Notes: generated by a model from the sequence alone, not told the origin. A stretch of DNA of 64,000 nucleotides from Octopus vulgaris (GCA_951406725.2 OX597816.1:161200001-161264000); one strand, 5' to 3'. Positions 41,256-55,005 are shown, numbered from the stretch's first letter. Numbers and translations are program-made.

Positions 41256-41350
41256 AGAGTGTGTGTGTGTGTGTGTACGCATAATGTACGCTTGTTATCA
41301 TGTCTAGTAGTAACAGAGGAAGCAGAGTTTTTATTACTAGGGACCGAGTA

Positions 41351-41542
41351 CCATATTTTAATGTGTATAAGGAACCTTTTTATCAAAAATTAGGTTAGAA
41401 AAATATGGGAGTTTCTTATACATGGATAGTATTATAATCTCTTACAAAACATTTTTTTCAAATTTTGAGCCCCCCCCCTTCCAAAAAAAAACTTTGGGTT
41501 TTTTATTATACATGAAGGTTCCTTATACATGTTAAAATATGG
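41351..41542. mobile_element. pogo/Tc2-like MITE, copy 2, TA flanks on both sides
   Basis: TA|ccatatttttaatgtgtataaggaacct ... aggttccttatacatgttaaaatatgg|TA. Confidence 0.8.
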
Positions 41543-41812
41543 TATATATTTATTGAGGTAATCAAGAGTTAAGATTTCACCTATCCAAGTTTAACATTGT
41601 TACATGACTTTGTATATCTTTTTGAATGTTTTGTATGTCTTAATGTTTACCTGATGCTTGTATGTATCATTGTATATATGTATATAGATACAGATGAATA
41701 AATATATTGCTAGTCAAAGTAGTCAGATAAATATTTACATATCTAAACACATGAAAGTAGAAAGTGTAATGAAGGGATGAAGAATAATATACATACATAC
41801 ATGCACATATGA

Positions 41813-41870
<58 letters not shown>

Positions 41871-42169
41871 TGATAAAGGAAGTAAATGAATGAAGGAATG
41901 TGTGTGTGTGTGTGTGTGTATATGTTTCTGTATATTTATGTCTGTGTTTCTGGATGTGTTAAAGGGACTAAGTTTCAGAGGAGATAACTCAAGTGGTAAT
42001 GTTGCTGCTTAGTTTCTGGTCCTTTACTACAAACTCTACTTCAGGAAAATCTACAACTACCACCACCACCAACACTGCCATCACCACCACCACCACCACC
42101 ACCACCAGAATCTTATCAAGAAAATTGCATCTGTTAATATTGCTCTTGTTGTAGCTCCTTGTTTCTGCT

Positions 42170-42203
<34 letters not shown>

Positions 42204-42758
42204 TTATTGCTGCTGCTGGTGTTGTTTGCTGCTGCTGTCTCATCCACCATGCACCAACTTCAACTTCACACTGTTTGTTCGATTGCTCGTTATTGATCTC
42301 CCTATACGTCTCTCAATATAACAGCCCTACTCCATTTCATCGCAGCCTTTACTCACCCCCATTATCTTTTCTTCTATTTGCTTACATACTGCTACATAAT
42401 ACTTCACTGTAATCTTTCATTGCTATAAAATCTATTTATATTTATATCTGTCTCTCTGACTGTCTATCATCATCATCATCATCACCATCATCCCCACAAT
42501 CATCATATTCATGATGATGATGATGATGATGGTTATGCTGATGATTATGATGATGGTGATAGTGATGATGATATCATCACCATTGTCATCATCGTTGTCG
42601 TCATTGTCATGGTCATCATCGTCATCATCATCCTCATCATATGTCTGCATTCCTTGCTGGTGTGGATTGGACTGGTTGCTGTGATCGAGGTGAGATAACG
42701 TTCACCTAGACAGGTTGAAAAGATAGCATTAGGCTCATGTTTAATTTTTGGCTATATT

Positions 42759-42794
<36 letters not shown>

Positions 42795-43344
42795 CATATA
42801 TATTTTCAATGAAAAACAAAATATTGCAATACAAATGTATTACTTTCCAGTAAACATTGGTGCCTTGTTGTACCACTACTATATATATATATATATATAT
42901 ATAATAAAATGGTGGTGGTGGGACAAGCACAAACACATGAATACACACACATGCATACATACATATACATACATATAGATATACATACATACATATATAT
43001 ATATATATGTATATATATGATGATATATATATGATAGGCCCCTTTCAGTTTCTGCCTACCAAATTCACTCAAAAGACTTTGGTCGGCCCGGGGCTATGGT
43101 AGAAGACACTTGCCCAAGGTGCCATGCTGTGGGACTGAACCTGGAGCCATGTGGTTGGTAAGTATGCTTCTTACCACATAGCCACACCTGCACCTATGTA
43201 TACTATATCCAAATAAAGATAGAATGGCCATGGTGGAATGCCTTTCATCAAGGATATGTTATCCTGGAGTGAAACATCAATATAGTAATGCACACACACA
43301 GACACACACATACATGCATGCATGTGTGCATGTGCATATCACGC

Positions 43345-44545
43345 CAGTGTAGAAATAATTGTGGTTTTAATATCATCTTTCAAGTAACATGACACTGCCA
43401 AAGCAATATATCCCAACCCCTAAAAATGTTATTAATCAAAATTTAAAAATATTAAAATCAATACATTTTGGTCAAGAGTTGCATAGAATTCTAAAGTCTT
43501 TTCTACTCTAGGCACAAGGCCTGAAATTTTGGGGGAGGGGACCAGTCGATTAGATCAATCCCAGTATGCAACTGGTACTTAATTTATTAACCCTGAAAGG
43601 ATGAAAGGCAAAATCAACCTTGGCAAAATTTGAACTCAGAACGTAAAGACAGACGAAATACCGCTAAGTATTTTGCCCAGCATGCTAATGTTTCTGCTGC
43701 CTTGCTGCCTTAAAATATTCTTTTCTTTTCTACTCTAGGCACAGGGCCATAAATTTTTAGGGAGGGGACCAGTCGATTAGATCGACCCCAGTATGCAACT
43801 GGTAATTTATTGACCCCCCACCCCGAAAGGATGAAAGGCAAAGTTGTCCTCAGCGGAATTTGAACTCAGAATGTAAAGACAGATGAAATACCACTAAGCA
43901 TTTCGCCTAGATTGCTAACGTTTCTGCCAACTTGCTGCTTTATAGAATTCTAAAGTCTAGAAATGAATGAATTTTTCAAAGACATTTTGAGTGGCTGTTG
44001 CTGCTTGATTGTTGAAAACCTTTTCTAAGAAGTTTTGAAGAGTTTTGTAAAGTGACAGTCAATTAGAGAGAGATCTGGTGTGCAGAGCAGGTGAGAGAAA
44101 TTCTTGTAGCCCAGCTTATCTTTCATCTTCTACTTGTTTCAGTCATTAGACTGTGATCATGCTGAGGTATCACCTTGAAGAAATTTAGTTAAATGAATTG
44201 ACTCCAGTATTTATTATTATTAGTATTATTATTATTTGTGAGTGTGTGTGTATAAAGCCTGGTACTCATTCTATTGATATCTTTTGCTGAACCACTAAGT
44301 TATGGGGATGTAAACACACCAACACTGGTTATCAAGTGGCAGTAGTGGGGACAAACAAACACACACACACACATGCATGCATGCACATGATGGGCTTCAT
44401 TCAGTCTGTCTACCAAATCCTCTCACCGGAATTTGGTTGGCCAAAGCTATAATAGAAGACACTTGTTCAAACTGCTACTTGTTTTTCATAGATCTACTTT
44501 AATAATGGCCCACAATCAGTTTTTGTTAATTGCAGGAGATCATTT
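43345..44545 (-). pseudogene. Highly decayed mariner transposase fossil split by SINE insertions
   Basis: Minus-strand pieces KLGYKNFSHLLCTPDLSLIDCHF (cf. HPPYSPDLSPTDYHF), KVFNNQ..TQNVFEKFIH, LEFYAT, KCIDFN. Confidence 0.55.
43500..43941 (-). mobile_element. Head-to-tail dimer of SINE family A within one 17-bp TSD
   Basis: atagaattctaaagtct at 43483-43499 and 43942-43958. Confidence 0.9.
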
Positions 44546-44895
44546 GCAAACACTCCTCCTCTTCAAAACTCTCATCTCTCTACAAAAATTTCTGCTAAAG
44601 CAGACATCCTCTCTATTGTAGTAGCCCCATTCAGTCAAAGAGGATCTTAGTCTTGTGGGCTCAATGGTGACCTCACTAGTGCTGGAGCCATGGAAAAAGC
44701 ACTTAGAATATATTTGTTAGTACTAATGATATGTAGGTATGTGGTATTTTGTTATGCAACCATAATATACGATAAAGTATATTAAATGTTTTTATAAGTC
44801 AACACCATATTCTACAGTGTTAGCAGTGCACTTTACATTATTTTATTAAGGTTATTTCTACAGATATTCTATGGAATAGTTATGATGAAGCATTG

Positions 44896-45194
44896 TGTAG
44901 AATATATTGTATAAAGGATTGTGGAGAAGGCCAGAACTGTGCAAAGTAAAAGTAAGGCAAATCAAAAGAAAACAAATATATGAATTAATGTAGATTTACC
45001 TTGCATTCAATATTTTGGGGTTATGACCCCGTCCTCAAGAACATTTGTAAATTTCTTGAGAATTTCATAACCCTGAAATATTGAATGCAAGGTAAGTCTA
45101 CATTAATTCATATATTTGCTTTCTTGTGAGTTGCCTTGCTTTTACTTTGCATTGTTCTGGCCTTACCCACAATCCTTTATACAGATATTCTACA
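44896..45194. mobile_element. Fold-back element (about 130-bp imperfect arms) with a hammerhead motif at 45005-45042 (minus)
   Basis: Arms 44896-45027 and 45065-45194. Minus strand GUUC-UUGAGGA-C-GGGG-ucauaa-CCCC-aAAA-UAUU|GAAU; the other arm retains GAAA. Confidence 0.75.
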
Positions 45195-45289
45195 GAAATT
45201 ATAGACTGCACTGATTTTTGCTACAGCGTTTTGTGTGCAAGATCATCGTCATCTTTGTTAGATGCAAATGAACAAACAATGAGATTGGA

Positions 45290-45423
45290 CATTATTTACA
45301 TTATTTACATTCAACAGATATTTGTCCTCATCTTGTTTGTTATTAACAACAAACAAGATGAAGACAAATATCCATCGAATGTAAATAATGTAAATAATTT
45401 CTCACTTCTTAAATATAGAACTG
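45290..45423. mobile_element. Pure hairpin derivative of the 18498 family, 12-bp TSD
   Basis: TSD aatgagattgga at 45278-45289 and 45424-45435. Symmetry centre ttaa at 45343-45346. Tail ...cttaaatatagaactg is shared with the 18498 element. Confidence 0.85.
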
Positions 45424-48400
45424 AATGAGATTGGAGTTGAAAAAATTAGTAATGAGCGTATATTTGTTAGTGGTTGGCATTAGGAAGGGCATCCAGCTGG
45501 AGAAATCATACCAGAGCAGACACTGCAGCACAATACAGTCTTTGAACCATCTAACCCATGCCAGTATGGAACATAAATATTAAATGGTAATGATGATGAT
45601 GTTTAGTTGTACATTCATTGTCAGTCCCTTAACTAAACACTGTTTGATATTCCAAGCAATTTCTACTGCCTTGTGTTCCATTTCGAACTCACACAATAAA
45701 ATAACTTGAATTTGCTATTTTTCTGTCTTTGATTTAATAGTTTAAAATAAGCAAGAATAAACAGGAAACCAGAAGTATTAGCTTAAATCAGTAGACTGAC
45801 ATATGTGATACAAAATGTTATTGGTTCAATAAAAATCTATTCCAAAAATAAGCATCAGATTTTTAACAAAAACTGTAATTAATTTTCCAATACCCAAGTG
45901 TTCAGATTCACTCCAGCCATACACATTTTATTGCAATTTCAAAATGATCAGTATTATAAGCGGTGTTGTGCTTTCACACAGTGAACTCTTGGTTCACTGG
46001 GAAGTGCATAATCGATGTGAACATCTGGGTGCAATTAACCACCCTCATCCTTACCCTGCAAATCACTGACAGAGTAAGACCTCACCTGAATATCTTCGTT
46101 ATTTATTTTTCTCAAGCCCTAGGATTCATAAGTCTGGTTACCTGGTTCCCATGCTGTATAAGTCATTGAGATTACAATATTCCCTTTGAGCAGGAAGCCA
46201 GTCCATTGCAGGGTTCAAGGCCTGCAGTTTTGAGGGGAGAGGGCAAATCAATTACATCAACCCCAGTACATGAAAGGAAAAGTTGATCTTGGTTGGTTTT
46301 GAACTCAGAACATTAAGAATCTAGAAAGAATGCATTTTGCCTGCTGTGCTAGTGATTGTATCAGCTCACCACCTTCCCCTGTATATATAGCCATGTTCTT
46401 AATTAATATAATTTTGATCCATCTCATCTAGCACTTCATTTATTTCCCTTCTGTTGATAAGCTCTGTGGTGTATCTGATATACATTAATATGAAAGTAAA
46501 CACCATTAATACTCATCATTTTGAAATTTTGCTGAAATGCCTATGACTGGAGTGGATCTTAATATTTCACTGCACAATTTACAAACTTATTAACTTAACA
46601 TCACCCGTCGGCTTAATTCCAAAGGTCGACTGGCATATAAACATCGATAACCTTGCTTCAACTGACTCCTCGATGACTGCTAGAAAATGTGATTTTCTCT
46701 CTTTTCTCTATTCTTCTCTTCTCTTTCCTTCCCAGCAAATTATCTACTGATTCCCCCTACTCTTGCTTATATATTCTAAACAATGGATTGCATATACTTT
46801 GTATCTAGTCTAGTTATTGGAATCAGGAAATTTGAGCAACTAGATGTGAGGTACCAGCTGCAATAATCACACACATATGAATATATATTCTTAGGGTTGA
46901 ACTAGTTCAAGTAAACATGGTCAGGCCACTTAGAATAAAGAACTCAAAGCAACAAATTGGACAGTATGTCCAACAAAATATATTTTGTTTCACTCTGGAA
47001 CTCATCAGCAATTAAAGATGGTGTGTGACACAGCCAGTTATTTAGATAACTGTGAAGGCATGTGACTTAGTGGTTAGAGTATTCAACTCATGATCATAAT
47101 GGCTATGAGTTCGATTCCCTGTGGTGTGTTGTATCCTTGAGCAAAACATTTTACTTCACATTATTCCTGTACTTAAATTTTTTAAGCCTGGTACTTAGTT
47201 TATCATTCTATTTTGTTGAACTGCTTAGTTATGGAGATATAAACACACCAACATCAGTTGTCAAGTTGTTGTGAAGGACAATCAAAGACGCCTCCGTGCC
47301 GGTGGCACATAAAAAGCACCATACAATCATGGCCGTTGCCAGCCTCGCCTGGCCTCCGTGCCGGTGGCACGTAAAAAGCACCATCCAATCGTGACCGTTT
47401 GCCAGCCTTGTCTGGCACCTGTGCGGGTGGCACGTAAAAAGCACCCACTACACTCACGGAGTGGTTGGCGTTAGGAAGGGCATCCAGCCGTAGAAACATT
47501 GCCAGATCAGACTGGGCCTGGTGCAGCCTTCTGGCTTCCCAGACCCCAGTTGAATCATCCAACCCATGCCAGCATGGAAAGCGAACGCTAAATGATGATG
47601 ATGATGATGATGAATGAGTGACACCCTTCGGTCATGAATAACCATGTGATTGCACCTAGAAAGTTACCCTTCAAAGCTCAAGTCCAAGCAAGGTTGTTTA
47701 AAGGAGACCAGCAGTCACCCATGCATACCAGCCTCCCTTCTCGATGCCACCAACGTTATCCAAAGGAAAAGCAAAGGCCAATACAGCTTGGCACCAATGA
47801 CATTGCAACTCATTTCTACGACTGAGTGAATTGGAGCTACATGAAATAAAGTGTCTTGCTCAAGAACGCAACACACAGCCCAGTCCGGGAATCGAAATCA
47901 CTGTCTCGTGATTGTGAGCCTGACACTCAAACCACTGAGCCATGTGCCTTCACACACACACACACACACACACATATCCTCTTCATCATCATCATCGTTT
48001 AACGTCCGCTTTCCATGCTAGCATGAGTTGGACGATTTTGACTGAGGGCTGGTGAACCAGATGGTTGCACCAGTCTCCAATCTTGATTTGGCAGAGTTTC
48101 TACAGTTGGATGCCCTTCCTAACGCCAACCACTCTGAGAGTGTAGTGGGTGCTTTTTACGTGCCACCGGCACAGGGGCCAGTCAGGCAGTACTGGCAGCG
48201 ACCTCGCTCGAATCCTTTTACACATGCCAGTAAGGCGACGTTGGTAACGATCACGCTCGAATGGTGCCCTTTTACGTGCCACTGGCATGGAAGCCAGTTG
48301 GCTGCTCTGGCAACGATCACACTCGAATGGTGCTCTTGGCACCCTACTAGCACAGGCACAGGTGCCAGTAAGGCGACGCTGGTAACGATCATGCTCGAAT

Positions 48401-48511
48401 GGTGCCCTTTAAATGCCACTGGCACGGAAGCCGGTTAGCTGCTCTGTCAATGATCACGCTCGTATGGTGCTCTTTGCACCCTGCCAGCATGGACGCCAGT
48501 CATCGAATTTG

Positions 48512-48542
<31 letters not shown>

Positions 48543-48693
48543 ATGGTCTTCTTTCAGATTCCATCTACCAAATTTTTTGTTCTCTAAAAACTGTTAATAT
48601 TGGTGGCATTCACTGATGCGGAATCATTTCATGATGGATTTCTGGATTTCAACAATATTTTAAAATATTCATTTTCTATATGAAGAATCCATC

Positions 48694-50331
48694 GTGAATC
48701 CAAGCTAAGTGCATAGTTCTCACATTATGCATTATGAGTTTCACTGAGATTTTTACTGCAAGTGTAACAACCAAAAATGTCCAAAAGGCAAAATGCAGTG
48801 AATGAAATAATTTGCAGAAGGTGGCTTGAAAAATTCAAATGTGAAAATTTCAATTTGTTTGATGAAGCCAGATCAGGACGTCCTTCCAAATTGAATGACA
48901 AAATACAAAGAATCCTGCTGTGACCAAATGAGAGAGCTTTCTGAATTTAATTTCAGCATCATGACCATCCATAATCATTTGGAGAAGCTAGGAAATGTTT
49001 CAAAGTATTGCAAATGGGTTCCCCATGCGGTTTCAGCTGCAAATTGTCAATAAAGTCTTGACTGCTGGGAATCTCTTCACATATACAACAATCTCTAAGC
49101 ACATTTTTTTAAACCAGATTATGGCTACAGGTGAGAAATAGATTCTTTACAGTGATATTAAGCATCACTGACAGTGGCTAAGTCCAAACCAAAAACCTGT
49201 ACTACATCCATGAGGGGAACTTCACTCCAAGAAAATTTAGCACAAGTGTCACATAAAAAGCACCCAGTATTCTGTAGGCTGGTTGGTATTAGGAAAGAGA
49301 TCCTGCTGTAGAAACCAAGTCAAAACAGAGAACAGGAACTTGATGCAGTTCTCCAGCTTTCTAGCTCTAGCCAAATCATTCAACCCATCTCAGCATGGAA
49401 ACCAAATATCAAATCATGATGGTAATGATGACGGTGATGATGATGTTTTGTGGGATATAGAAGGAATTATTCATTATGAGCTTTTAGGACTCAATCAAAC
49501 AGTCACTTTTGATGTCTGCTATCAGCAACTTGGCCTTTTGAAAATCCCTTTGGCTAGAAAATATCTTGCCTTAATAAATCACTGAGGGTCTTCTCTTCCA
49601 CCAAGATAATGCTCAGCTTCACATGATACAAACCACTGAAGATGTTCTGGGATTGTTTGGATGGAAAAAATATTCTGACCCTCCATATTCTCCAGACTTT
49701 GTTTCATCAGACTTCCACTCCTATCATTTTTTTCTTATCTTTTACTTGATTCAGTCATTGGATTGTGGCTTCACTGGAGCAGCACCTTCAAGGGTTCAGT
49801 TGAACGAATCAACCCCAGTACTTATTTTTAAGCCTGATACTTATTCTGTCAGTCTCTTTTTGCCCAACTACTAAGTTACAGGGACATAAACAAACCAGCA
49901 TTGGTTGTCAAGCAGTGGGGACAAACAAAGGCAAACACACACACACAGGTAGGTAGGTAGATAGGTAGATAGATAGATAGATAGATAGATAGTGAGAGAG
50001 AGAGAGAGAGATTCCATCAATCAAATTTATTCACAAGGTATTGGTAGTCCAGCCTAGGCTATTGTAGAAGATACATACCTAGGGTTCTGTGCAGTGGGGC
50101 TGAACCCAAACCACATGGTTATAAAGCAAACTTCTTAACCACACAGCTATGCTTGTACTTATTTAGATCTTTATAAAACCATTTAGACAGTAAAAGTAAG
50201 CGCAGCAAGGAAGCCTTAGAAAATGAACTATATACTTAATATTTAAATTCAAAATCCAAAGCTTCAAGTCAGACATAAAAAACATATGAATAGATTGGAG
50301 AGAAGTGATAGAAAATAAAGGGAATTATATT
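48694..50331 (+). pseudogene. Mariner transposase fossil interrupted by an RTE tail (49240-49445) and a CORE-type SINE (49735-50160)
   Basis: Collinear motifs RRWLEKFKCENFNLFDEARSGRPS, TIHNHLEKLG...KWVPHA, ATGEK*ILY, WDIEGIIHYELL, LFHQDNA, PPYSPDFVSSDFH, WREVIENKGNYI. Confidence 0.9.
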
Positions 50332-50630
50332 AAAGGTTATATTTGCAGTATCAAACATGGTTGTACTTTTAAATAGTTCCGAAACAATACTTTCTAATAA
50401 TGGCTTCAAATTTTAGCACATGGCCAGTCACTTTAGTGACGTCAATGCCATTGCACTTCTGGAACTTATTCTGTTGACTCCAAAAATTAATCTCAGCAAA
50501 GTTTCATACAATAATTATGTACACACATAGAAACACACACAAGTATATATATGTATATCACAAGTGTACATAGCTATATATGTGTGTGTGTGTGTATACA
50601 TATATATACATACATATATGTGTGTGTGTG

Positions 50631-50682
<52 letters not shown>

Positions 50683-50701
50683 GCATAAATATAGTCAAAA
50701 T

Positions 50702-51211
50702 AAGAAAATGGAGAAATACATCGAAATCAAATATCAATTACCAGATAATACTCAATCACATACTTTATTAAACCCCTACATAAGAAACTATAAGGTTAAA
50801 CATAATCATGCAGGGTAAAACAGTGTACATGAAGGAGTGTACATAAAATAGTAATGTTATACAATAAGTAGAATACATATAATAGAACATAAATATAAGT
50901 ACACATAAATATAAATATAGACTATATCTTACAGCTGTTTCGGCCATGTATCTACATGTATCTACATGGCCGAAACAGCTGTAAGATATAGTCTATATTT
51001 ATATTTATGTGTACTTATATTTATGTTCTATTATATGTATTCTACTTATTGTATAACATTACTATTTTATGTACACTCCTTCATGTACACTGTTTTACCC
51101 TGCATGATTATGTTTAACCTTATAGTTTCTTATGTAGGGGTTTAATAAAGTATGTGATTGAGTATTATCTGGTAATTGATATTTGATTTCGATGTATTTC
51201 TCCATTTTCTT
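50702..51211. repeat. Perfect 249-bp inverted repeat (12-bp spacer) of a PLE-like terminal repeat, centred on a half-hammerhead
   Basis: Arms 50702-50950 and 50963-51211; the ORF track shows the same peptide on both strands. Each arm starts GGCC-GAAA-CAGCUG-UA|AG. Confidence 0.92.
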
Positions 51212-51431
51212 TTTTTGTATTATGAATTTGTGGTAAAACATTTTACCTTTGCCCATATAATACAATAAATGAATTAATTGTATCGCAATTCTTAACATTT
51301 ATGTATTAACTTTGTTGGGTACCTCACTAGCAGTATATTGGATATATGGTATCCCATGGTGGGTTGCATTTACAACCCCTATCTCAATTTGTTACATAAA
51401 TATATACATATATGTATGTATTTATATACAA

Positions 51432-51487
<56 letters not shown>

Positions 51488-51785
51488 GTATATTCATACA
51501 TATAAATAAATATAGGAATAATATTATTAAAACACCCTCACGAGTGGTAAGCGAATTATCAACCGTACAGGGAAATTAATAATATATATATACAATATTA
51601 GATATGTACATATATACACAAGGGTACTACATCAGTACCTATATTGCTAAAAAATAGAAGTCAAAAAATACTTCTGTACCACCGAATAGTCAGAAAACCA
51701 GTATACAGACATGATAGGAAAAAATATCAGTGAACAATAATAATGTCTTACCTCTACTGGGTCAGAACAAGTAAATGCTGGTCAA

Positions 51786-51843
51786 CCTGGTACTGGTTTC
51801 AAAATTTAGCGCCAAATAGGTGCCCAATTTCTCATCAGCCAAA
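51786..51843 (-). ncRNA. Near-intact minimal type-I hammerhead ribozyme
   Basis: UUUGG-CUGAUGA-GAAAUUGGGCACC-uauuu-GGCGCUAAAUUUU-GAAA-C-ca-G-UA|CCAGG. Full core, 5-bp stem I, long stem II with 2 mismatches, minimal stem III. Predicted cut between 51791 and 51790. Confidence 0.8.
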
Positions 51844-51866
51844 GTCTACCAGCTAAATTTTCATAC

Positions 51867-51907
<41 letters not shown>

Positions 51908-52747
51908 TGCATGTAGATATATGTACACACATTATGTATAAACATACACACACACATACATATATGTACATGGACACATGCATATCTATATGACTGTGTG
52001 AATACATGTATGCATGCATGCATATGTGTGTCTGTGTATGTGTGTGTGTGTGTGTGTGTATGTGTGTGTGTGTGTATGTATGCATCTATCTCGTGAGTCT
52101 GGAAGATCCTGCAAAAGTCTTAAAGGTCATAGGCACTAAGCTTCCACCCATGACGAACTCATGATAATACAGACTGTATATCATATACCCATATATGTAA
52201 CATACGCACAGACACATAGAAATAATGTGTATACATAAAATAGAAGATGTCTGTGGAAATTGCTGATTGTTTGTGTTGGTGAAAACTTTTCATTCTAGTG
52301 TAAGAGTTATGAATTTTATCCATATATATTTCTCTTTCTCTCTCACTTTCCATCTCCCTCTCTTCCTCTCTTTCCCCTTCTGTGTGCATATGTGCGTGTG
52401 CACATGTATTGTAAATAAATAGTATGTTAGAGTATACAGGATGATGTTGATGATGATGATACATACATGCATCCATGTGTGTGTAATATACAGCTACACA
52501 CACACACACACATGTGTATGTATACATACATGTATACACGCACATATGTGTGTGTGTGTGTATTTCTTCATATATATATATATATATATATATTCATACA
52601 CAGACATACACATACATGTATGCTCCACCCTCCCTGAAGCAACTTCTTACCCTTTCAATCTCCCTTTATATTCACTATGTTTCACCCTCCAGCCTCTCAC
52701 TGGCTAACTCTCTCTCTCCCTTTCTATGTTATGTTACTTTTTTATCT

Positions 52748-52791
<44 letters not shown>

Positions 52792-53190
52792 ATCTTTCTC
52801 TTTCTTTCAAATTCAGTTACTCTCTCTGACTGTCTCTCTTTCCAGTTTCTGAATTACTATTATTTTACTCTCTCTCTCTCTCTCTCTCTCTTACTCCTCT
52901 CTCCTTCCCTGTCTCACTTCTCTCACATTATAATTTCACTTAGTCACAACTTTGATAAACCTAATAGTCTTTGGCTCTTCAACTACCCCATCTCTCTCTC
53001 TCTCTCCCTCTCTCTATCTATCCATCAATCTATCTATCCACTCACCTCTCTCTCCCTATAATTTCTGTACCTCACATTTCATAAAAATCTTCACACAGCC
53101 TTTCCTTCCCTGCTTTTCCTTTTGTCTCTCAGGACTATATCCATTAAAATTCATCAAGTTTTTTCGCTCTTCCCTCTTCTCACACCCCTT

Positions 53191-53437
<247 letters not shown>

Positions 53438-53520
53438 CTTCTCCCTATCACTTCTCTTCTCTTTTCCCATCAACAGTCTGCTTTCCAGTTCTAATCTTAT
53501 CTCCCTTAACCTTTGAAACA

Positions 53521-53584
<64 letters not shown>

Positions 53585-54059
53585 CCTCTATCCTTTAAAG
53601 CATTTTCTATCATCCGATGCCCACCGCACCCCCACACCCTTTTTGCTATCTTTTATCCTACCTTTTAATGTCTCGTGAAATTTTGCATCACACTTGCAAC
53701 TCCCATGTTAGAAGCTGCTGCTGCTGCCGTTGCCGCTTCTGCTGCCGTTGCTGCTGCTGCTAAGGCTGCTGGTGGTCCTGCTACTGCTGCTTCACTGTTG
53801 CACTGTTGTTTTGTTGCTTCACCGTTTTGCTTATAATTCCTGTCTCTGTCACATGTTCTACATGCAGCTGTTGATCAGCAAAGCATGTAACCAGCAGTTT
53901 CCAATCAAACTTCAGTGTTCACTGCTCTTTACCAATGAAAATACTGAAGCTACAGCAACAACATCTAATAATTAGTGATATATACAATATACATCCATAA
54001 ACATATAAATATAATATACATATTTACATATATATATATATATACAGAGGTACATATAC

Positions 54060-54134
<75 letters not shown>

Positions 54135-54147
54135 TAGATATATATGA

Positions 54148-54180
<33 letters not shown>

Positions 54181-54453
54181 TCAGTGGAGAGAAAGAAGTA
54201 GATAAAGTGAATGAAAGATATATACTTTGGAATTTAGATGGATTGCTAAATGGATGTATATGTTGGTCTGAATCAAACTATAAGCTACAAGGGCTAGCTG
54301 GTCACTGAAGAATTAGAAGAATTAGCCAGTTTCTCTTCTAATCATTTCCCCGCCAACACCCACTGTTTAGTGGTCACTCTGGGAGAAGAGTGTGGGAAGA
54401 TATACGCATACATATACACATACATACATTCATACATACATATACACACATAT

Positions 54454-54492
<39 letters not shown>

Positions 54493-54936
54493 ATTATATA
54501 TATGATAAAAGTACAAAGCTGCCAAAAAAAGTGAAATAGTAATAAAACGGGTGTTTCCATTTTGCGTTTAAAAGGGGCGTACTACATTCAACAGGAGGTA
54601 TTCTTTATGCAAGGAGCATCAAATCTTTGCAGCATTCCTACACGCAGGGATATTTGTCAACAAATTCTTCAGTTGGTTTTTCTTACCTCAACATGTGTGA
54701 GAATTCCCTACCAATGGAAGACGTTGTTATACTCAACAGGTAGGAAATACAGCTTTATTCCTCTCTTAGGCATTGTTTATAGGGATTTTCAGCTTATGCA
54801 TGTGTATGCGTGTAATCTCGATGCGAGCAAGTGTTGTGCATGTGTTTATGCACGTTGTTTGTTATTACTCCCATGACCTTGTTTACACTCTCATGCTTTC
54901 CCTCTCCCTAATTTTCTCTCTCTCTCTTTCTCTATC

Positions 54937-55005
<69 letters not shown>

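Noticed and set aside
53710-53960. Poly-Gln/Ala-like coding exon
   Set aside because: Short (CTG)n-derived stretch without convincing splice sites or a sustained frame.
54645-54680. Minus-strand CUGAAGA plus hairpin (also CUGAAGA near 63420)
   Set aside because: No GAAA core at the base of the stem, so not a hammerhead.
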